Source: Gammaproteobacteria bacterium
GTDB taxonomy: Bacteria; Pseudomonadota; Gammaproteobacteria; Ga0077536
NCBI GenBank assembly: GCA_030833185.1
Contig: JAURHQ010000002.1
Span: forward strand, 4,870 to 68,869
Direction of reading: 5' to 3'
DNA: 64,000 nucleotides
Position numbers and translations under genes: made by a program
Notes under the pieces: model-generated
The model's input: the letters and a program-made list of their open reading frames with translations, nothing else
The model's database searches: none
What the model was told of the DNA's origin: nothing
Shown here: piece by piece, positions 41,414-50,899 of the stretch
Numbering within the stretch: the first letter of the stretch is position 1
Layout of the letters: every line of letters begins with the position of its first letter

Positions 41414-42349
41414 ATGCTTTCACGCGTCGCCGAACGTCTTTACTGGCTGGGCCGCTACATCGAGCGAGCGGAGAACACCGCGCGCCTCGTGATGGTCAAC
41501 AACAACCTGCTGCTCGATCTGCCCAGCTCGGCCGGCGTGCTGTGGGAATCGCTGCTCGAACTGCTGGCCGCTGCAGAGAGTTTCCGCGAGCGTCACAGCA
41601 GCGTCTCGGAACGTCAGGTCATTCGCTGGGTGATGGCTGACGAGCACAACGCGGGTTCGTTGGTGTCGTCGCTGCGCGCAGCGCGTGAGAACGCCCGCAC
41701 CGTGCGCGAGGTCATTCCGTCAGAGTCCTGGGAACTGATTAACGACCTCTACTGGTCGGCGCAGGACACCGCTGAAAGCGGCATTGCCCGCAAGAGCCGG
41801 CAGGCCTATCTCGACGGCATCGTGCTCAAGAGCCAGCAGTTCGCCGGCATGCTCCACAACACCATGAGCCACCGGGAACCCTTCCAGTTCCTGATGCTCG
41901 GGGCGACGTTGGAGCGGGCAGACATGACCTCCCGCATCGTCGACGTGGGCGCCGGCCTCGCGCGGCGCGCGCTGGGCAGCAACGCGGTCGCAGCGCACGA
42001 GAACATTCTGTGGATGAACGTGCTGCTCTCGCTCAGCGCCTATCAGATGTACCGACAGCAGGTGCGTGAGCGCGTGAACGGCCCGGACGTGGTGCGCTTC
42101 CTGCTCCACGACAACAGCTTCCCGCATGCGATCAGCTGGTGCGTCGACGAACTGGAGCACGCGCTGGGCAAATTGCCGCACAACCGGCTGGCCCTGCAGG
42201 CTAACCGCCGCGTACTGCAGCATCTGGTGCGCGCTAACCCGGAGGTTTTGCTGGGCAGCGGTCTGCACGAGTTCATCGACGAGCTACAGGTCGAACTGGG
42301 CAACCTGCACGAGAAAGTCGTCAATACCTGGTTCGCCTTGCGCGACTAG
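41414..42349 (+). CDS. alpha-E domain protein (COG2307/DUF403)
   Basis: Characteristic start 'MLSRVAERLYWLGRYIERAENTARL', all-helical, about 311 aa. Confidence 0.85.
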   Translation: MLSRVAERLYWLGRYIERAENTARLVMVNNNLLLDLPSSAGVLWESLLELLAAAESFRERHSSVSERQVIRWVMADEHNAGSLVSSLRAARENARTVREVIPSESWELINDLYWSAQDTAESGIARKSRQAYLDGIVLKSQQFAGMLHNTMSHREPFQFLMLGATLERADMTSRIVDVGAGLARRALGSNAVAAHENILWMNVLLSLSAYQMYRQQVRERVNGPDVVRFLLHDNSFPHAISWCVDELEHALGKLPHNRLALQANRRVLQHLVRANPEVLLGSGLHEFIDELQVELGNLHEKVVNTWFALRD

Positions 42350-42361
42350 GCGCTTCCTTGG

Positions 42362-43090
42362 TCAGCGCGCCCAGTCGATTTCCGGCAGGGTGGTGAAGGC
42401 CTCTATCAACTTCTGGTTCCAGCCTTTGGCCAGCGCTCGCAGGTAGGCGTCGTCGTCGCCAAATTTGAGGTAGCGTCCGGCGGTCAGGGTGTCGGTTTCA
42501 TAGACCCGGAGTTCGATCGGCGGGCCAACGCTCAGGTTACTGCGCAGGGTGGAATCCATCGACACGATCGCGCACTTGGCGGCGTCATCAATGCTGGTCC
42601 CGGCGGTGATGACCCGGTCGAGAATCGGCTTGCCGTATTTGCTCTCGCCGATTTGCAGGAAGGGATGATCCCGCGAGGTCGTGATGTGATTGCCTTCGGG
42701 GTAAATCAGGAAAATGCCGGCAGGCTCGCCGCGCAGTTGGCCACCGAGAATGAAGGTCACCTTGGGATCGAAGCTGCTCAGCCCGCCTTCACGAAACTTG
42801 GCCTGCCGTTTCACGCTGACTTCGCCGATGTAGTCGGCTGCCTCGGCCAGCGAATTCACCGACAGCAGGTTGGGGTCGGCCTGCTGGCGAATGTCGTGCT
42901 CCAGTTCGTGCACCACGGCTTGCGTGGTGGCCAGATTGCCGGCCGACAACAGCACAAAAAGACGCTCACCGTCGCGGCCGAACACATGCATCTTGCTGTA
43001 GGTGCTGACCTGATCGATGCCCGCATTGGTGCGGGAGTCCGAACAGAACACCAGCCCCTTATCGAGCGCGATCCCAATGCAATAGGTCAT
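42362..43090 (-). CDS. proteasome-type Ntn peptidase, Anbu (ancestral beta subunit, COG3484)
   Basis: Starts 'MTYCIGI', so Thr directly follows the initiator Met as in Thr1 Ntn hydrolases. About 242 aa, 'LIYPEGN', 'IGESKYGKPILDR'. Sits in an ATP-grasp/alpha-E/transglutaminase neighbourhood. Confidence 0.88.
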   Translation of the reverse strand: MTYCIGIALDKGLVFCSDSRTNAGIDQVSTYSKMHVFGRDGERLFVLLSAGNLATTQAVVHELEHDIRQQADPNLLSVNSLAEAADYIGEVSVKRQAKFREGGLSSFDPKVTFILGGQLRGEPAGIFLIYPEGNHITTSRDHPFLQIGESKYGKPILDRVITAGTSIDDAAKCAIVSMDSTLRSNLSVGPPIELRVYETDTLTAGRYLKFGDDDAYLRALAKGWNQKLIEAFTTLPEIDWAR

Positions 43091-43096
43091 GGGGAA

Positions 43097-43963
43097 TCAG
43101 CCGGGCTTGGCGTCCAGACGGGTTTTGCGCAGCACCCCGCCGGCGGCGGCGTGCGGCGTGCGCAGCAGGCTGTCGGCGGCTTTTTCAAGCTCGCGGGCTT
43201 CATCTGCCAGTCGCGCTGCCGCGCGCATCATTTCGTGGCCGGCTGCAACCATGGTGACGTAGCGCGCCGGGTCTTGTTCCTTGAAGCAGCCGTCCGCCGT
43301 CACGGCAGACACGGTCTCCGCCAGACTCAGCGCTGCATAGGCCTTGGCGGCCGCATACGGGTTGCCGAAGCCGCCGGCAGTGACCGCCTTGTCGGCGGTG
43401 ACGGTCAGGGTCGGATAGCTGGGCGGGGTGCCGGCGCGAAGGGCGTCGATCAGCCCGTCGAGCGTGGTCTGCACCAGTCGCAGCACGCCGCTCGCCGCCA
43501 GCACCTTGATCACGTCGGCGTTGAAGAGGCTCATTTCGGTCGGGTCGAGAAATTCGCGTCGCGCGCCAATCATGGAATCCGCCGGGAAAATCATGAAGCC
43601 CTGTCCTTCGGGAACGTTCATGACCTGTTTGCCCTCTTCGTTTTTCTTGAAGAAGGCTTTTTTCGACGGGCCGTCAGACAGCACGACCAGCGGAATCCCG
43701 GCGGCGGCGATGGCTTTGCGGGCAGCCGCAGGGCCCGGCAGGGCGGCGTTGGGGCTAACCAGAATGACCAACTGCGGTTGCCACGCCAGCAGCCCTTCGG
43801 TCGGACCCTGACAGGATTGCGGATCGAGCTTGGCGCCGCAGGTCCAGGCGCGGGTGTCGATGTCTTCGCGGTCCGCGCGCTCATCGAGCAGCAGGTCGAG
43901 CAGCGGCGCTGCGCCGATGCAGCCCAGTTTGAGCACGCCGAGTTTGAATGCGCCGTGGGACAT
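43097..43963 (-). CDS. homologue of archaeal F420-dependent methylenetetrahydromethanopterin dehydrogenase (Mtd family)
   Basis: 288 aa. 'KLGCIGAAPLLDLLLDERADRED', 'MIGARREFLDPTEMSLFNADVIKVLAASGVLRLVQ' and 'GCFKEQDPARYVTMVAAGHEMMRAAARLADEARELEKAADSLLRTPH' match my recollection of methanogen Mtd sequences over the full length. GGAG RBS, and 6 nt upstream of Anbu. Confidence 0.7.
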   Translation of the reverse strand: MSHGAFKLGVLKLGCIGAAPLLDLLLDERADREDIDTRAWTCGAKLDPQSCQGPTEGLLAWQPQLVILVSPNAALPGPAAARKAIAAAGIPLVVLSDGPSKKAFFKKNEEGKQVMNVPEGQGFMIFPADSMIGARREFLDPTEMSLFNADVIKVLAASGVLRLVQTTLDGLIDALRAGTPPSYPTLTVTADKAVTAGGFGNPYAAAKAYAALSLAETVSAVTADGCFKEQDPARYVTMVAAGHEMMRAAARLADEARELEKAADSLLRTPHAAAGGVLRKTRLDAKPG

Positions 43964-44047
43964 AGCGGAATCTCCGGTTTAAGGGGGGCGCGAGCGATTT
44001 TGCAGCGCGCCAAGGTAGCCGCTTTATCGCAATCGACCGCCTTGGCG

Positions 44048-44929
44048 TCAAGCCTCGCGGCCGGGCAGCAGACGCTCCACCTGTACGCTGACGCGCAACT
44101 GCTGCGGACCGCGCGCGAGGATCACGCCGCGTAGCGGCGTCACGTCACCAAAGTCGCGTCCCCAGGCCAGCGTGATGAACTCGTCGTCGGCCAACTTGCC
44201 GTTGGTCGGATCACAGCCGACCCAGCCACAGCCGGGCACGAATACCGCGACCCAGGCGTGTGAGGCGCCTGCCCCTTGATTGGCACCGGCCTCACCCAGC
44301 GGTGCTACATAGCCGCTCATGTAACAGGCCGCGAGGCCCAGCCCCCGCAGCCCGCTCAGCATGAAGTGGGTGAAGTCCTGACACACGCCCCGGCCGCTGC
44401 GGAGCAGGTCGTCCACCGAGGCCGAGACCGAAGTGGCCTGCGGGTCGTAGATAAAACTTTGCTGGATTCGTCGGCTCAGGTGCAGCAGGCCCTCAATCAC
44501 CGGGCGGCCCGGACGCAGGGATTCGCGCGCAAAGGCGGTGGCTTCTGGCAGCAGGGGCACGCAGGGTGAGGCCAGGGTGAACTGCTGGACCTCGAGCGTG
44601 GCGTTTGCCGACGCGGGTCGCGCTTGCGACCAGTCCAGCCGGCTCGACCATTCAGCCGCCCGCGGCTGCACGCTGAGTTCAGATTCCGCGACCACCACCA
44701 GCCGCTGGTGCGCCGCGCCCATCGCAAAGCGCACGATGGGGTTGCCGAAATAGTCGAAGTCTTCGGCGTACTCCACAGGATTTGGGTCAATCGCCAGCCG
44801 ATGGTGCGCGACGCGCTGCCAGGGCGTCGTCCGCGGTGAGAGGTGGGCCAGATGCCGCGCGCTCGCGATAGCCTCCGAATACTGATACTCGGTGACGTGC
44901 ACCACCCGATAGCGGACCGACGCACTCAT
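44048..44929 (-). CDS. transglutaminase-family cysteine protease/ligase (COG1305)
   Basis: Bact_transglu_N-like start 'YRVVHVTEYQYS'. Cys-His-Asp triad contexts 'GRGVCQDFTHF', 'ASHAWVAVF', 'GCDPTNG'. The start overlaps the upstream stop (ATGA). Confidence 0.9.
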   Translation of the reverse strand: MSASVRYRVVHVTEYQYSEAIASARHLAHLSPRTTPWQRVAHHRLAIDPNPVEYAEDFDYFGNPIVRFAMGAAHQRLVVVAESELSVQPRAAEWSSRLDWSQARPASANATLEVQQFTLASPCVPLLPEATAFARESLRPGRPVIEGLLHLSRRIQQSFIYDPQATSVSASVDDLLRSGRGVCQDFTHFMLSGLRGLGLAACYMSGYVAPLGEAGANQGAGASHAWVAVFVPGCGWVGCDPTNGKLADDEFITLAWGRDFGDVTPLRGVILARGPQQLRVSVQVERLLPGREA

Positions 44930-47364
44930 CGGGCGACCAGGGCCTGGGCGCTGCTATTGAGATGGTTGAAGACATCCTGAGTCAGAGTGTCGCTGAACTG
45001 GCAAGCGTATTGATGCAGCTTGCGCAGTTGCGGGGCGAGGGCCGAGGAGAGCCCGGGCGCCAGCGCCAGCGCCTCTGTTTCGTCGATGAGCGTGCTCCAG
45101 GGCGCCGCGTAGTCGGCGTTCAGCAGGTGCGCGGTCTTGCGAAGATAGTCGCGAATCCCCCGCAGCTGGAACATCAGGGCGCGCGGGTTTTCCTCGTCAT
45201 ACAGCAGCAATTCGAGCACCGAGGGCCACGCCGGCTGGCTGGTGTAGCGCGCGCGGTAGGTGACGCTGGAGTCCGCCAGTTCCAACAACCAGCCCAGGCT
45301 TTCGCCCGGCTTGTCCAACGCCAGCATCAGCCAGGTCGCGCTGGTCGACAGCCGTTCGAGGCGCCGGCCGATTGAGAGAAAGCGCCAGCCCGAGTCGCGG
45401 GTCATGCCGTCCAGCGCGAAGCCGGACAGCGACATCAGCGCGGAGACCGCGCGGTCGATCCAGAGCAGGGTTTCGGTCAGCGAAACGCGTCGACCCAGCA
45501 CCGGGTCCTGCACCAGTCGATTGACCGCCTGCCAGTTATCGAGCGACATGCGCTCGCGCAGGCTGAAGGCCACCTGATTGAGCTGCCGGAGCTGGCTGGG
45601 CAAGCCAAACGCATCGGTATCCTGGGTGGCCGCATCAGACCAGGCGAGTGCTGGCTGCTCGCGGTCGATCGGCAGCCCCATGGCCGCGGCCACGCGGGCC
45701 ACTGCGGCCTCGGTCGCTTCGCTATCGATCGCCGCATTCAGGCCAATGCGGAGCAGGCGCGCCAACTGGTCGCAACGCTCGGCGTAGCGTCCGTACCAGA
45801 AGAGGTTCTCCACCACGCGCGAAGCGATGATCACCTGCCGCCGCACCTGTGGCGTGGCCGTGATGCGGGGCGTGGCGGGCAGGGGCGCGGCCACGGTGGC
45901 CGCTGCCGGGCGCGATAGCACCCAGGTGTCCTTGGCGCTGCCACCGCGCTGCATCGACACCACGTAGGGGTCTGCTTCGGCAGCCACCCGCGTCAGGCCG
46001 CCGGGCATCCCCTGATAGCCCTGCGGGGTGGCGACCGCGAACACGCGCAGGCCGATCGGGCGCGTGCCGAGCACATCCGGTCGTCGGGGTGTCAGGGTGG
46101 GCGCCGGTGACACACGGACCAGTTCCTGCGCGACGTAGCGCCCCGGATCGGCGCGAACCTGCTCGGCAAAAGCGGCGCGTTCCGTGCGCGACAGTTCCGG
46201 ACCAAACACGGGCTCGAAGCCGCGCACGGGGTCGGTTGGCTTGAACACCAGTTCGTCGATACGGGCGAGCGCGGAGGCTTGCGCAGCGGGTTCGCCACAC
46301 CACCAGGTGGCGATCGACGGCAACCGCAGTTCCTCGCCCCGCAGGCGCTGGCAGAGTGCCGGGAGATAGCCGAGCAGGGCGCCAGACTCGAGCACGCCCG
46401 ACCCCAGCGCATTGGCAACCAGCACCGTGCCGCGTCGCGCGCATTCCATCAGTCCGGGCACGCCGAGCGCGGAATCTGCCCGCAGTTCCAGCGGATCGCA
46501 GAAGCTGTCGTCCTGTCGTCGCAGCACCGTGTGGACGCGCTGCAGGCCTTCGATGGTTTTGAGCCACAGGCAGCCGTCCCGCACCACCAGATCGCCGCCC
46601 TCGACCAGGGGGAACCCCATGTAGCGGGCGAGAAAGCCGTGTTCGAAATAGGTTTCGTTGTACGGACCTGGCGTCAGGACCACGGCCAGCGGTTGGCCGT
46701 CGCCGGCCGGGGCATAGTGCAGCAGTGATTCGCGCAGGGTGTTGAAGTGCTGACTGATTCGCGCAACGTGCAGCTCGCGGAACAGTTCGGGAAACAGCCG
46801 CGCCACCAGCAGACGGTTTTCCAGCGCGTAACCGGCGCCCGACGGCGCCTGCGTCCGGTCGGCCAGTACCCACCAGCGACCGTCTGGTGAGCGGGCCAGA
46901 TCCGCCGCGTAGCTATGCAGGAAGATGCCGCCCGGCGGGCGCGTGCCGCAGGCGGCGCGCAGAAAACCGCTGTGGCCAAGGATCAACCCCGGCGGCAGCT
47001 GACCTTCGTGCAGCAGCCGCGCGGCGCCGTACAAGTCGGCCAGCACGCTGTTCAAGAGCTCGGCGCGCTGCATGATCCCGGCCGCAATCCCGTCCCATTC
47101 GTCGGCCGGCAGGATGAGGGGCAGCACGTCGAGATCCCAGGGGCGGTCAAGGCCCTGCGGGTCGGCGTAGACGTTGTAGGTCACGCCGCTGTCGCGAATG
47201 GCGCGCTCGACCAGTTCGATACGGTCAGCCAGCGCCGTGCCGGTGGTGCCCTGCAGCTCGGCGTGAAAGCGGGCCCAGTGCGCGCGCGGCGTGCCGGGTT
47301 CGGCCAGCAGTTCGTCGTAACGCGCGGCGGTAGGTGCCGGATTGGCGAGAAGATCAGGCTGCAT
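44926..47364 (-). CDS. fused circularly permuted ATP-grasp plus alpha-E protein
   Basis: 812 aa. The N-terminal half is homologous to 39965..41410 ('GVTYNVYADPQG..RPWDLDVLPLIL', 'WVLADRTQAPSGAGYALENR'). The C-terminal half has the alpha-E signature 'SRVVENLFWYGRYAERCDQLARLL'. Confidence 0.88.
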   Translation of the reverse strand: MQPDLLANPAPTAARYDELLAEPGTPRAHWARFHAELQGTTGTALADRIELVERAIRDSGVTYNVYADPQGLDRPWDLDVLPLILPADEWDGIAAGIMQRAELLNSVLADLYGAARLLHEGQLPPGLILGHSGFLRAACGTRPPGGIFLHSYAADLARSPDGRWWVLADRTQAPSGAGYALENRLLVARLFPELFRELHVARISQHFNTLRESLLHYAPAGDGQPLAVVLTPGPYNETYFEHGFLARYMGFPLVEGGDLVVRDGCLWLKTIEGLQRVHTVLRRQDDSFCDPLELRADSALGVPGLMECARRGTVLVANALGSGVLESGALLGYLPALCQRLRGEELRLPSIATWWCGEPAAQASALARIDELVFKPTDPVRGFEPVFGPELSRTERAAFAEQVRADPGRYVAQELVRVSPAPTLTPRRPDVLGTRPIGLRVFAVATPQGYQGMPGGLTRVAAEADPYVVSMQRGGSAKDTWVLSRPAAATVAAPLPATPRITATPQVRRQVIIASRVVENLFWYGRYAERCDQLARLLRIGLNAAIDSEATEAAVARVAAAMGLPIDREQPALAWSDAATQDTDAFGLPSQLRQLNQVAFSLRERMSLDNWQAVNRLVQDPVLGRRVSLTETLLWIDRAVSALMSLSGFALDGMTRDSGWRFLSIGRRLERLSTSATWLMLALDKPGESLGWLLELADSSVTYRARYTSQPAWPSVLELLLYDEENPRALMFQLRGIRDYLRKTAHLLNADYAAPWSTLIDETEALALAPGLSSALAPQLRKLHQYACQFSDTLTQDVFNHLNSSAQALVAR

Positions 47365-47396
47365 GGGCCAACACGCTGGGCGGGACAGGCCCGACT

Positions 47397-50300
47397 CTAG
47401 CCACGCGGACGACGCAGATCCAGCGTGAACGGATAGTAGGCGCTGCGCTGTACCGGCGCGGCGTCCACGCTGCCCGGGGTGTGTCCGCGCCGAAAGAAGC
47501 GGGCGAGGCGTCGCGCTTCTGCTTCAAACGCATTGACCGGAAAGCTGGTGTAGTTGCGACCGCCGGGATGTGCCACGTGGTACTGGCAGCCGCCCAGCGA
47601 GCGCGATTGCCAGGCGTCTACCAGATCGAAAGTCAGCGGCGCGTGCACGCCGATGGTCGGCTGCAGACACGACGGCGGCTGCCAGGCGCGATAGCGCACG
47701 CCGGCCACGAACTCGCCGTTGGTCCCCGTGGGGTGCAAGGGCAGGGCGTAGCCGTTGCAGGTCAGCACGTGTCGCTCGTCGACCAGCCCGCGCACTTTCA
47801 CCTGAAGTCGCTCCAGCGAAGAATCCACATAGCGCGCCGTACCGCCGGGACCGCCTTCTTCGCCCATCACATGCCAGGGTTCGAGCGCGCTGCGCAGTTC
47901 GACCGCCACATCGCGCGCGGCGAAATCGCCGATGCGTGGGAAACGAAACTCCAGATGCGGCGCGAACCAGGCCGGATCGAAGCCATAACCGGCCTCGCGC
48001 AGTTCCTGCAGCACATCCTGCAAATCGGTTTCCACGAAGTGCGGCAGCATGAACCGGTCGTGTAGTTCGGTGCCCCAGCGCTTGAGCGTGCCGGGCCGGT
48101 AGGGCTGTGCCCAGAAGCGCGCCACCAGCGCGCGCATCAGCAGTTGCTGAGCGAGGCTCATCCGCGCATGCGGCGGCATTTCAAACGCACGGAGCTCGAG
48201 CAGGCCGAGGCGGCCAGTGACGCTTTCCGGCGCAAAAAGCTTGTCGATGCAGAACTCGGCACGATGCGTATTGCCGGTGACGTCGATCAGCAGATTGCGG
48301 AACAGGCGATCGACCAGCCACGGCGGCGGGGGATTGCCGCTAGCTTCCAGTCGCGCCATTTCGCGCAGGGCCACTTCGAGTTCGTAGACCGACTCATGGC
48401 GCGCCTCGTCCACCCGCGGCGCCTGACTGGTGGGCCCGATAAACAGCCCGCTGAAGAGATAGGACAGCGCCGGGTGGTTGTGCCAGTAGGCGAGCATGCT
48501 GGCCAACAGGTCGGGTCGCCGCAAAAAAGGCGAGTCCTTGGGCGTGGCACCACCCAGCACGAAATGATTCCCGCCGCCGGTGCCGGTATGCCGGCCGTCG
48601 AGCATGAACTTCTCGCTGCCGAGGCGCGTTTGATGGGCGGCTTCGTAGAGGAACTCGGTTTGTTCGACCAGCGCGTCCCAGGATTCGACCGGATGCACGT
48701 TGACTTCCAGCACCCCGGGGTCTGGCGTTACCCGCAGCAGGCGCAGCCGGGCGTCCCGCGGCGGCTCATAGCCTTCGATCACGACCGGCAGGTCCTGCGC
48801 TTCGGCGGTGGCTTCAATTACACCCAGCAGTTCCAGATAGTCTTCCAGACGTGCCAGTGGCGGCATGAAAAGATGCAGGCGGCCGTCGCGGGCTTCGGCG
48901 CAAAGCGCGGTGCGCACAAGGCCGGTGGCGGACTGGTGCAGCGTGGGCGCGAGGCCGTCGGCGGTGTTCAGGCCAGACGGCCGCTGCACCTGCGGCGCAC
49001 GGCGTCCGCTAGCCTGTTCGCGGTAATCCCGCCACGCGGGCAGCGGTTGCTGCGGCAGGCTCGGGTCGCGCATGAATAAAGGATCGCGATCGCCGGGCGC
49101 GCTCCACGGGAGCGAATCCAGCGGTAGGCGCAATCCCAGCGGGGAATCGCCGGGGATGAGGTAGCAGCGCTCGTCGCGCAAGAACCACGAGCCGCTGCGC
49201 CAGCCGCCGGCATCGCGGGAGATCGGCAAGACATGGCCAACGACCCGCGCCAGCCCTTGATCAAAGATGCGCCGCAGCCGTGCCCGTTCGATGGGATCAT
49301 CCAGTTCTGAATGCAGCGGGTCGACGTTGGACGGCAGTCGACGCTCGCGCCAGAGGTAGTACCAGACGTCCTCAAAGGCCGGGAAAACCTGCTCCGATGC
49401 CAGTCCCAGCCGGGCCGCCACTTCGCCGAGGAAGCGCGCGCCCTGCGCGCTGTGCGCGCCATGGTCTGCGCCTTCGGCGGCCAGCAGGCGGGGGTTCTGC
49501 CACATTGGCTGCTGGTCTGCGCGCCAGTACAAATTGAGCGACCAGCGCGGCAACTGCTCGCCCGGATACCACTTGCCCTTGCCGAGATGGACCAGCCCCT
49601 CGGGGGCGTAGCGCGCGCGGAGCTTGGCCAGCAGTTCGCCGCCCAGACCGCGCTTGCTCGGGCCCATGGCTTCCGTGTTCCACTCCGGCGCGTCCTGATC
49701 GGTCACCGAGACAAAAGTCGGTTCGCCGCCCTGCGTCAGACGCACGTCGCCCGCTTCTAGTGCCTGATCTACCGTTTGACCCAAGTTCTGCAGCGCCGCC
49801 CACTGCGCGGCGCTGTAAGGTTTGGTGACACGCGGCGCTTCATAGATGCGCTCGATTCGCATGCTGTGCGAGAACTCGACTTCGCATGCGTCGACGCTGC
49901 CGGAAATCGGCGCGGCCGACTGCGGGTCGGGCGAGCAGGCGAGCGGAATATGCCCTTCGCCGGCCAGCAGCCCGGAAGTCGGATCCAGTCCAATCCAGCC
50001 TGCGCCCGGCAAATACACTTCGCACCAGGCGTGAAGATCGGTGAAATCGGTCGCCGGCCCGCTTGGGCCTTCCAGCGGTTTGACGTCCGGGACCAGCTGC
50101 AGCAGGTAGCCAGACACAAAACGCGCGGCGAGCCCGAGGTGACGGCACATTTGCACCAACAGCCAGCTTGAATCCCGGCAGGAGCCAGCCGCGCGGGTTA
50201 GCGTTTCTTCCGGTGTCTGCACGCCGGGCTCAAGCCGGATCAAATAGCTGATTTCAGTTTGCAGGCGCTGATTTAACGCCACGATGAAATCGACCGTGGG

Positions 50301-50717
50301 GATAGGCGTGCGCTCGATGCTGTCGAGCAGGGCCTGCAAGCGCGGTCCGGCAGGCAGCGTAATGAGATATGGCGCGAGTTCCTTCAGGGCGGTCGCATCG
50401 TAGGCGAAGGGGAACTTTTCGGCGCTCGGCTCCAGAAAGAAATCGAAGGGATTGAGCACCGCCATTTCGCAGATCAGGTCCACCTCCACGCGCAACTCGC
50501 GGGTGCGTTCGGGAAAGACGACGCGCGCGAGGTAGTTGGCCTGCGGGTCCTGCTGCCAGTGAATGAAATGCGGTTCCGGGGCAATTTTCAGCGAGTAGCT
50601 GAGGATCCTCGTGCGGCAATGAGGCGCCGGGCGCAGGCGCAAAATCTGGGGCCCCAGATGGACCAGCCGGTCGTAGTCGTAGCGGGAAACATGATTCAAC
50701 GCGACGTGAATGGACAC
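47397..50717 (-). CDS. large transglutaminase-family protein (N-terminal transglutaminase core plus DUF2126-type C-terminal region)
   Basis: 1106 aa. 'HVSRYDYD', triad contexts 'AGSCRDSSWLL', 'DLHAWCEVYLPG', 'GLDPTSG'. The long C-terminal part is typical of the DUF2126 family. Confidence 0.88.
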   Translation of the reverse strand: MSIHVALNHVSRYDYDRLVHLGPQILRLRPAPHCRTRILSYSLKIAPEPHFIHWQQDPQANYLARVVFPERTRELRVEVDLICEMAVLNPFDFFLEPSAEKFPFAYDATALKELAPYLITLPAGPRLQALLDSIERTPIPTVDFIVALNQRLQTEISYLIRLEPGVQTPEETLTRAAGSCRDSSWLLVQMCRHLGLAARFVSGYLLQLVPDVKPLEGPSGPATDFTDLHAWCEVYLPGAGWIGLDPTSGLLAGEGHIPLACSPDPQSAAPISGSVDACEVEFSHSMRIERIYEAPRVTKPYSAAQWAALQNLGQTVDQALEAGDVRLTQGGEPTFVSVTDQDAPEWNTEAMGPSKRGLGGELLAKLRARYAPEGLVHLGKGKWYPGEQLPRWSLNLYWRADQQPMWQNPRLLAAEGADHGAHSAQGARFLGEVAARLGLASEQVFPAFEDVWYYLWRERRLPSNVDPLHSELDDPIERARLRRIFDQGLARVVGHVLPISRDAGGWRSGSWFLRDERCYLIPGDSPLGLRLPLDSLPWSAPGDRDPLFMRDPSLPQQPLPAWRDYREQASGRRAPQVQRPSGLNTADGLAPTLHQSATGLVRTALCAEARDGRLHLFMPPLARLEDYLELLGVIEATAEAQDLPVVIEGYEPPRDARLRLLRVTPDPGVLEVNVHPVESWDALVEQTEFLYEAAHQTRLGSEKFMLDGRHTGTGGGNHFVLGGATPKDSPFLRRPDLLASMLAYWHNHPALSYLFSGLFIGPTSQAPRVDEARHESVYELEVALREMARLEASGNPPPPWLVDRLFRNLLIDVTGNTHRAEFCIDKLFAPESVTGRLGLLELRAFEMPPHARMSLAQQLLMRALVARFWAQPYRPGTLKRWGTELHDRFMLPHFVETDLQDVLQELREAGYGFDPAWFAPHLEFRFPRIGDFAARDVAVELRSALEPWHVMGEEGGPGGTARYVDSSLERLQVKVRGLVDERHVLTCNGYALPLHPTGTNGEFVAGVRYRAWQPPSCLQPTIGVHAPLTFDLVDAWQSRSLGGCQYHVAHPGGRNYTSFPVNAFEAEARRLARFFRRGHTPGSVDAAPVQRSAYYPFTLDLRRPRG

Positions 50718-50899
50718 GGGCAGGCTCCGTCCGGTGAACGCAAAGTGGTGAGCTTACCCAGCCATTGTGCGATGCGCAAAGACGCAAAATGACCGCGCTT
50801 GAGGGCCGCGCCGAACGGCACCAGCCCGGGGCGCCTGAACCCCGCTGAACGAGGAACAGGCGCCGTCGGAGTGCGCGGGCGCGAGGCCCGCCGCCGGGC

